Origin: Phoronis australis | Lineage: Eukaryota; Animalia; Phoronida | Direction: 5' to 3' | NCBI GenBank assembly: GCA_002633005.1 | Contig: NMRA01000331.1 | Span: 196,542 to 260,541, forward strand | DNA: 64,000 nucleotides | Shown here: positions 56,001 through 64,000 of the stretch, piece by piece | How the letters are laid out: each line of letters opens with the position of its first letter | Numbering within the stretch: position 1 is the first letter of the stretch | The notes under the pieces: generated by a model | Databases searched by the model: none | Told to the model about the DNA's origin: nothing | What the model saw: the letters and a program-made list of their open reading frames with translations, nothing else | Program-made: the position numbers and the translations under genes

Positions 56001-57556
56001 ATATACTGTGGCCAAACTGGAGCTCATAAGTGTTATTTTTAGCTTGATAAGCCACTTAATTCTGATTTTATCATAATTTGAACTTGGCCATTTTTTGACC
56101 GGACAATAGAGCGCTTATTGCAGCGCACAACCTCAATTTTCTGCATGTACAAAACGAGCACAAGCGCCTTTCAATCGGGAGCTTTCATAACGACAGTGGC
56201 AGTCTAGCTACCCTATCGTACAATTTCCTCCTCCAAAATTTACACCCAAGACATAGGCTTTCCCCAAGTTCAAAATCTATGGTGATTTTTTGTGACGAAG
56301 CCCAGTATGGAACTTACTGGTACAAAATCAGACCCTAGTTTACTACCTCTTCTTATAAAGTGACAATCTCACATAACCGCCAGACACTGGGAGGACAGAG
56401 GCCACAAGTACGTACAGCATATCTTGTCACAGGCAGTGCAAAGACTTGGACGTCAGGGAAATCACACGATATCTCACGGCCATTCTTCCATCACATACAG
56501 TTGCCACAGAGTTGAAGCATTGTTCTCAAAGGTCACTATGGGAGAGTCAGCAGATTATGCACACAGGTAAGTGTGACTTTGGTTTTAGTAATATACAGGG
56601 ACATCGAAGACATCCCAAGTAAGCAAAAGGCTGAAAGATATTCATTAAAACTTTACTACAAAACAGACTATTTACAGTGATATGAAACTGACTTAATCCA
56701 ACAAGGATGACAACCCTCAACTTCACAGGATGAAAATACCATCAATATAAAGGCCTTCAATTACTCTATAATGTCTTTTACAGCATTATTTTAAAATAAT
56801 TTGTCAAGTACAGAGAACCAATCTTCTTCAGGTTGTTCTTAGTAGACAGCATCCAAGTTATATTGTCCTATGAACATCAGATTTAAAGTCAAAACAACAG
56901 GATTCTATACAATAGTAGAACATTCATTTGGCGCCCTGTTAACAGAAGCAATGCCATGGTACATATTATTTAATGTTCCAAATAGGTTAATTTTCTAGTT
57001 CAGCCCTCACAAGTAACGTCACTATAGTTCTTCCTAAGTGCAGATATCACTGAATCACCAATTGGAAAGACTCTCCAAAGACCCATCTTGAAGCAGTCAG
57101 TAGTCTCGGAGACAAGCCTTGTAACATAAAAACGGTGGCAACTGATGTTTTGTGGCTTATTGTGATATGCAATACTTGTTAGGGCGGACAATATCAACAC
57201 CTTAACACCAACTATACATTCAAGGACAAATGAAACAAATGAAAGTATCTGTGTGTTCGAAACATGTAAATAATTGTTGTCTAACATTTATTAATTAAAC
57301 CTCACAATATACAAGCACTTCCTCATTTTGGATTCAGATAACTGAATAGAAGACACTGCCTAAATTAAGTATTTTTCTCATTTTTGGAGTCCTACCTGAC
57401 AGCTTTAACTACATGCCATTGCCAAGAAGTCAATAAGATTACCACTTCAGTATAAAATTACCTCAAGAGTCATATATGAGAAACTCGAGCAAAACGGTGA
57501 AAACCCCCCAGATTTTTGACACACATACTTGGATGAAATGATGAAAAACTTGCACT

Positions 57557-57773
57557 TACACCAGAAATTTGTGTGGCATTAAAGTCACTTCAAACCATAC
57601 ACTGGCGTATCATTTAAACCAGAACTTTGTGTGTCATTAAAGTCACACCATACACTGGCGTATAATTTACGCCAGAACTTTGTGTGTCATTAAAGTCACA
57701 CCATGCACTGCGTATCATTTACACCAGAACTTTGTGAGTCATTAAAGTCACACCATACACTGGCGTATCATTT
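57557..57773. repeat. ~54-bp minisatellite, 4 copies (probable SMU1 3' UTR)
   Basis: Unit approx. TACACCAGAACTTTGTGTGTCATTAAAGTCACACCATACACTGGCGTATCATT. Confidence 0.9.
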
Positions 57774-58143
57774 CTCATCACAGGCATATTCACTCTTACA
57801 TTACGTTTTTATCCTTCGTTTGAATTGAAATTAGTTAAAATAAATTGACAGTAATTCTTCTGATGACCATAGACCAAAGTACATTGGTAACTGAAACTAA
57901 CCAACCATGATAAGACACTTGATGGACCTGCTCTGAACCAGTAATGACTTCTCAAGCCTAGACTTTTTTCTAGTTTCAGTAAGGAAAAAGATGAGACTGA
58001 TTTTTTACAAAAAGTCCTCAAACAAAAAGTTGCAATTGACAGACGGCACAGATTTATTGCTTTTTAAATTTCTGATGACAGAAAAATGAATTTCTGTGAC
58101 CTCATATTTCATTTTGTCAGACTTTTTTAAGCATTGAATCGTA

Positions 58144-58235
58144 ATTGCAGCCAATTGATATAGGTCAACAACACATTGCAGCCAATAGATATAGGTCAAC
58201 AACACATTGCAGCCAATAGATATAGGTCAACAACA
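58144..58235. repeat. 31-bp tandem repeat, 3 copies, just after the SMU1 stop
   Basis: Unit AACACATTGCAGCCAATAGATATAGGTCAAC. Confidence 0.9.
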
Positions 58236-58240
58236 AATCC

Positions 58241-58339
58241 CTATGGTTTCCACAGCTTTAACAAACCATCTTCTGCGTATGTGGCCAGCTGATTCTGATG
58301 GGGATGGTGTGCCATTCCAATAACATCTTTTTCATGCAC
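58241..58339 (-). CDS. SMU1: WD40 repeat protein SMU1, last coding exon (99 nt, with stop)
   Basis: Acceptor ctttgcag|GTG; [32 protein letters not shown] matches the conserved SMU1 C-terminus; in frame (phase 0) with the 153-nt exon. Confidence 0.95.
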   Translation of the reverse strand: MHEKDVIGMAHHPHQNQLATYAEDGLLKLWKP

Positions 58340-58661
58340 CTGCAAAGAGGACACAACATTTTGCTCCACGTATTGTACACCTTAACACAGCTCTCCACAA
58401 CACTTGACTTTAATTCAAAGTCTTCAACCAAAAGTTAGACAACAGTCACTTACAAGGGTACTGTATTTTGAGAATCAGTTTAAAGAGCGTTATTCAGCGG
58501 AGAAAACTGGCTCTCAAAATATGGGACCCCTTGTAAAGAACTACTAAGGGCTGTTCCAGCAAAAAATGTATGGGGGGGGACGGGAAGGCACTTTCATTTT
58601 GTGCCCACCACCCATATTTTTCTTTTATTTCTCCAACCCATGACCCATAATTTTTAATTAG

Positions 58662-58948
58662 ATTGAAATATATAACGCAACACTTGCATTGAAATATATA
58701 ATGCAACACTTGCATTGAAATATATAACGCAACACTTGCATTGCAATATATAACGCAACACTTGCATTGAAATATATAATGCAACACTTGCATTGAAATA
58801 TATAACGCAACACTTGCATTGCAATATATAACGCAACACTTGCATTGAAATATATAATGCAACACTTGCATTGCAATATATAACGCAACACTTGCATTGC
58901 AATATATAACGCAACACTTGCATTGAAATATATAATGCAACACTTGCA
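58662..58948. repeat. 26-bp minisatellite, 11 copies
   Basis: Unit ATTG(A/C)AATATATAA(C/T)GCAACACTTGC; explains three overlapping repetitive ORFs. Confidence 0.95.
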
Positions 58949-58989
58949 GACAAATTGGCTCTAGGATGACCTGTTAAGTGCTGAGATGA

Positions 58990-59635
58990 TTGACAGACAA
59001 GAACTATATGTCTTGTAGAATCTTGTCAAAAACTAAAGCGGCCAAGAGGGTGGTCGAAGCAGAACGAAAGTCAACGTCTGTCTGCGCATCCACTCCTGCC
59101 ATATATCTTTGTGCAAAATTTCATCCAGTTTTGCCAAGTGCTTTTTGAGATAATCAACCTGTCTTGTCAAAAACTAAAATGGCCTACAAAGGGTGCTACA
59201 GTAGCCAAATCTGTCCATAAATCAACTGGTGCCGGCGCATACCAGCTATCTATTTCTATGCCAAATGTCATCCTAATCCTTCAAGATAATTGAATGACAA
59301 GCAATGACTTGAGCAGTCGAAAATTAACAGGGGGTGCCACAGTAATTGAATCTGTCCAAAAAATTGACTGGTGGGGGCACATTTTTGCCATATACCTCGA
59401 TATCAAATTTCATTGTGATCCGCCGACTAGTTTTTGAATGGTTTGTTGCCTAAAAATGCCTAACATGGGGTACCACGGTAACCAAATCTGTCCGAAAATG
59501 AACTGGTGCTGGCGCATTCACGCCGATTTCCTCTAAATCAAATTTCATCATGATCCGTCAAAAGGTTCTTGAGATAATTGATGGACAAGAAATGATATTG
59601 ATAGACTGACCGATCAACAGCCACACAAAGGTACC
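58990..59635. repeat. Older, diverged ~150-bp tandem array of a related Helentron-like family
   Basis: Recurring AATCTGTCC..AACTGGTG..GCGCAT..CAAATTTCAT subunits ending in a GACTGACCGA tract. Confidence 0.5.
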
Positions 59636-59639
59636 ATGA

Positions 59640-60870
59640 CCATCTGAAAACTGGAGGATAGCGTCATCACACTAATAGGTGCCTACATACTAAATTTCAT
59701 GAAAATCCGTTAAGGACTTGTGAAGATACAGAGGTAAACGTAAAAAAATAAAATTGCCACTAGGGGGCACACTGGTAGGTGGATCCGTCCAAAAGTCGTC
59801 ATCGTCTGTTGTTAACATAATATAAATACACTTATTAAATTTTGTAAAGATCCTGCAAACGGTTTAGGAGATATATCCATAGGCGCAAAAAAAAACAAAA
59901 CTGCCACTAGGAGGCGCCACAGTAGTCGAAATCGTCGTAAAATCATCGTCAACCATCCTCTACATAGTAAGCATATACATGCCAATTTTCACAATCATCC
60001 TTTGAGCAGTTTGGTTGATAGAGGGGTGGACGCACAAAAAACAGACTCGAAAACACTAAAAATGGCCACTAGGTGGTGCAAACTATGTCGAATCCATCTG
60101 AAATCGGAAGGATAGCGTCATCTCGCTAAGAGGTGCCTACATACCAAATTTCATGAAAATCTGTTCAAGACTTTTGAAGATACAAAGGTAAGCGTAAAAA
60201 AATTAAAATTGCCACTAGGGGGCACACCGGTAGTCGGATCCGTCCAAAAGTCGTCATCTTCCGTTTTTAACATCATATAAATATACTTACACAATTTCGT
60301 AAAGATCCTGCGAACGGTTTAGGAGATACAGCCATAGGCGCAAAAAAAACAAAACTGCCACTAGGAGGCGCCACAGTAGTCGAAATCGTCGGAAAATCAT
60401 CGTCAACCGTCCTCTACATAGTAAGCATATACATGCCAATTTTCACAATCATCCTTTGAGCGGTTTGGTTGATAGAGGGGTGGACGCACAAAAACAGACT
60501 CGAAAACACTAAAAATGGCCACTAGGTGGCGCAAACTATGTCGAATCCATCTGAAAACGGCAGGATAGCGTCATCTCACTAATAGGTGCCTACATACCAA
60601 ATTTCATGAAAATCCGTTCAGGACTTTTGAAGATACTAAGGTAAGCGTAAAAAACTAAAATTGCCACTAGGGGGCACACCGGTAGTCGGATCCGTCCGAA
60701 AGTTCGCACATGCCGTCCCATTCATGAATGGAACATATGTGCCAAATTTCATGAACGTATGTCAAAGGGTTTTGGAGATAAAGCAGCGGACGCCAGACGG
60801 ACGCCGCCCCGCCGGACGGACGGAGATGACGGCATAATGCGTCCACATATAAATATGTGGGCGCATAAAA
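59640..60870 (-). mobile_element. Non-autonomous Helentron/DINE-1-like element (copy D) with ~454-bp internal higher-order tandem array
   Basis: Terminal stem-loop ATGCGTCCACAT-ataaat-ATGTGGGCGCAT followed by AAAAA (about 60837-60870), adjacent GGAC/AGAC microsatellite-like tract, about 2.3 copies of a ~454-bp unit built from three ~150-bp subunits. Confidence 0.75.
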
Positions 60871-62560
60871 ACAGGAGTAACAACCGCCATCTTCCATTCT
60901 CTAGGAATTGTGGCCATTTTTAAACTTAAATTCATGATACTCGTAAGGGGCTCACTATTTGTTGAGATGCCAGTTTTAATAGTTTGTCATCAATGCTATC
61001 GATGCCACTGGCACTACTACAGTTCAGAGTTTTTATTTGTTTTCAGAGGTAGTCGACTTGAATGTCTTGAAACTTAAATGACATTCTCTCCTGTGTCTTG
61101 GGCGGGAGCTCAATAGTTGACACAAAGAATTTTTCAGCAAGTTTTTGGCCAATGCCAGTAAAAGTCATTAAATGCATTTGCTATTTCACTTTTGTCCGAA
61201 ACATCGTTACCAATTAGAAATTCATTTGCGACAGACTTGGACTTGTTAGGTAAAATGGATTTTATGATTTTTCAGAGAGTTTTTCCGTTAGATTTGTTTT
61301 CATTAGTAACTTGGTCGTAATACTCAGCCTTAGCCCATTTAAGAGCATTGTTTACCTTATTTCTAGCTTTCTTAAAGATAACCCAGTCACATGAATTTCA
61401 AGTACGCTGAGCTATTCGCTTCAGGTAATCTCTCTCTCTCTTGCGAGGCTATGAGATTATCATTATACCACTTGGGTGTTTTGCCCTTTAATTTCAATTG
61501 GATTATGGGGGCATGGTTATTAATTACTCCACGGAAATTTTGCGTGAAAATTGCCCAAGTGGCATCGGGGACAACAGCGGTGGTAACGGTGCCCCAATCA
61601 ATCGCCTGTAGGTATCTGAGAATGTCTTCGTTATTGAATTATTGAAGGTGCGATATGAACGCTTGGTAATGATACGTGGCGGAAATCTAGGGCGACAAGT
61701 CTTATACGCTGTGAATACAAGATTATGACCACTAATCCCAATGTATATACTATCAAACTTAAAAACTTTGTCAAAGTTTTGATACAAGAATGAGATCAAG
61801 GCATGTGGAAGTTTTGTCGGTAACCCTTGTGGGCACCTTAATAATATTCTGCATACCCAACTCTCGTTCCCATGCCTTAATCTTACCCACTGTCTTCTTA
61901 CACAATGCATCCTAATTAAAATCACCAGTAACAACAAAATCTTTGCTAGTGTGAGCTTGATCATGAACAATACTTTTTAAATGCTCAGTCAGTTGTTCTG
62001 TGTACTCTGCGTTCGCAGACGGTGGTCTTTGATTTAGGGATGCCAATCTCAACCCAAAGCAATTCCAAATGGTCGTCATGGTGCTGCAGCTGACGGCTAA
62101 TCAGTGTAGGTGGCAACACCCCCACCTTTCCTGTTACGGTCGTTCCTATTCAATTCAAGGCTGTTGATGGCGATCTCAGAATCATTGATGATACAAGAGA
62201 GACGCGTTTCATTCAAGCAAAGAATATAGATGGGTTTTTCATTCATAATAAAACGCAGTTCATCAATTCGGTCAGTTAGCTACGTTATATTTAGGTGCCC
62301 AATACGGAGACCTTTGGTGTAGTTTAAATCAGGTACATGGTCACTCAGGAAACTGCCAGAGACCGACGGGGTTAATATTCTCGGTTGTGAACAACGAGTC
62401 AATAAAATTCAAAAATTCAGAGAGCCGGGACATGGTCTGGTTTGAGCCACGTTTCCGTGGTTGCAGCTATATCTACTTTCTGCTCAGGACCGTAAAGAAC
62501 CTCAATGTTATTGGTAGCAGATTCAGTGACTAGGGGGAGTCCCACATTAAAAACCTCATG
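60871..62560 (-). mobile_element. Decayed CR1/L2-like LINE ORF2 (APE endonuclease to start of RT) in SMU1 intron
   Basis: Minus strand GLRIGHLNI..RIDELRFI..ILCLNETRL..DRNRKGGGVA near 62320-62110 and SGIDSIDDKLLKLASQQIVSPLTSIMNLSL..IPREWKMAVVTPVF near 61010-60870, where the Helentron-like repeat cuts it. A second endonuclease-like piece (DIAATTETWL) near 62480-62440. Confidence 0.85.
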
Positions 62561-63398
62561 CTAGTCAATTACATTGTCATAGTGCTCCTCTGGTTGGAAG
62601 CATGGATAGACACAATGCAAGAAACAATTTAGTTGTCCCAAACACATAGCAGTACCAATGCAGTGAGCTGTCACCTGTTGAGTTGCGCTCTGCTGGATGC
62701 TGCACCTTGAATAGCAACCAGGAATATCTTTATATGGGAAAGGTACACAGCAGGATACCGGTGTTACAGCAAAAAGTTTCATCGATACTCACAGAGTTCA
62801 GCGTCAAAATACAGTAAAACCACAACACAGTTCCGTTACAGTCCACTCATCAGATCCTTCGACATTGCCGCTTTCGTTGGAACCCAAATAGATATCAATC
62901 AGAACAATTATGACTTTGCAATTCACTTTGGACACGGAGTGGTTAACAGCACGTCAGAGGTCACAGCGCAACAATCAACATTCAGGCATAGTGTACACAT
63001 TGCACTCTGTACACTAGCAACATCGGCTTGTTTTGTTGTTATTTTTGGGTATCTGTCAATGAATCTTTGGTAAGTTTTGAATTTCTTCAAAAGGGTATTG
63101 ACGTCAGTGTTTAGCTGAAAATACCCACCTGTCAACGTTTACAGGACAAAAGAATACCTCCCACTTTTAACGATATACTTCTTCCAAGAAGGACCACCCA
63201 TAATTTTAATTCTTTTTGACAGACAACCACCCATAAATTTTATATCAACTACTGCCCCCCCCTCCCATACAGACTTTGCTGGAACAGCCCTAACACAAAC
63301 TAAATCATCTGACAATTGAAATTTTTGGATGAATTTAACACAGTAAACAAAATTTTGGAAAAGAACATTTAAGAAGATATATATCACTCATTACTCAC

Positions 63399-63551
63399 AT
63401 TCAGCGTTCTCTCCAGCTTGCCAGTGCTGGCACTGAAGCAATAGAGCACCATGTCTTCACCTACACAGTAGAACCATTCGCCACGTGGAGACACTGTAGC
63501 GCATACAAAGTCTCCACCCTCACGCTTACCACTGGTGAAACTTCTCACAAT
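63399..63551 (-). CDS. SMU1: WD40 repeat protein SMU1, penultimate coding exon (153 nt)
   Basis: Manual translation [51 protein letters not shown]; acceptor ctgccag|ATT, donor AAT|gtgagt. Upstream exons lie beyond the window. Confidence 0.95.
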
Positions 63552-64000
63552 CTGGCAGAACACAGAAACACAAACAACAATTCAAGTTTGTTGTAAACAA
63601 TTTAGTTGATAAACTTTTGAAGCGAAGATTTTCTGTTCATTCTCTTGATCCGTCTAAGCTGACATTTTTTATTGCTGCTGTGACCTTACATTCAGCTAAA
63701 TGTCCTCATGACCATGACCTTAAATTCAGCTAAATGTCTTCATGACCATGACCAGTTTTCGTCACTGGGGTAACAATTTGCTTTCTACACCACCCTAGTC
63801 ACATATATATGTCCCCACTTACTGTTTGGAATTAAGTACCTTAAACTACGAAAACTTCTACATTGAACAAACAACAAAATGGTAATACACACAAATAGAA
63901 AAAAAATCCTCACTATGTACTCAGATAAGTTCCACAATAACCTTAAACTTATTTGTGCCAGGCTTTGAAACTTTGGTGTTCCAAACAGTCACAAAAATGG

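Larger units (their letters stand above)
58548..63290. mobile_element. PIF/Harbinger-type MITE TIR pair bracketing most of the last SMU1 intron
   Basis: TAA|GGGCTGTTCCAGCAAAAAATGTATGGG at 58548 and CCCATACAGACTTTGCTGGAACAGCCC|TAA at 63290; both halves carry ACCCATAATTTT in the same orientation. Confidence 0.55.

Noticed and set aside
58494-58953. Cys-rich repetitive ORFs
   Set aside because: Translations of the 26-bp minisatellite inside the SMU1 intron.
62360-62400. 2A-like (DxExNPGP) peptide ahead of the LINE endonuclease
   Set aside because: Only ENINPV can be read; motif not met.

Overview
Animal (most likely invertebrate) nuclear scaffold, AT-rich, repeat-dense, with two assembly gaps (15939-16558, 44808-45494). 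Three host genes, all on the minus strand: a complete two-exon proteasome alpha-6 gene (PSMA6, 246 aa), the last two coding exons of the spliceosomal WD40 gene SMU1 (missed by the ORF track), and the large first coding exon of a natriuretic-peptide-receptor / receptor-guanylyl-cyclase-like gene whose later exons I could not find. The rest is decayed LINEs (LOA/R1-like with RNase H, CR1/L2-like), MITEs and DNA-transposon relics, and minisatellites. The most striking signal is a Helentron/DINE-1-like non-autonomous family (4 copies plus a fragment) whose internal tandem array carries a CTCF-consensus-like motif (CCACTAGRDGGC) every ~145-162 bp. No rRNA, tRNA gene or CRISPR array seen. All family assignments come from reading motifs by eye, not from database searches.
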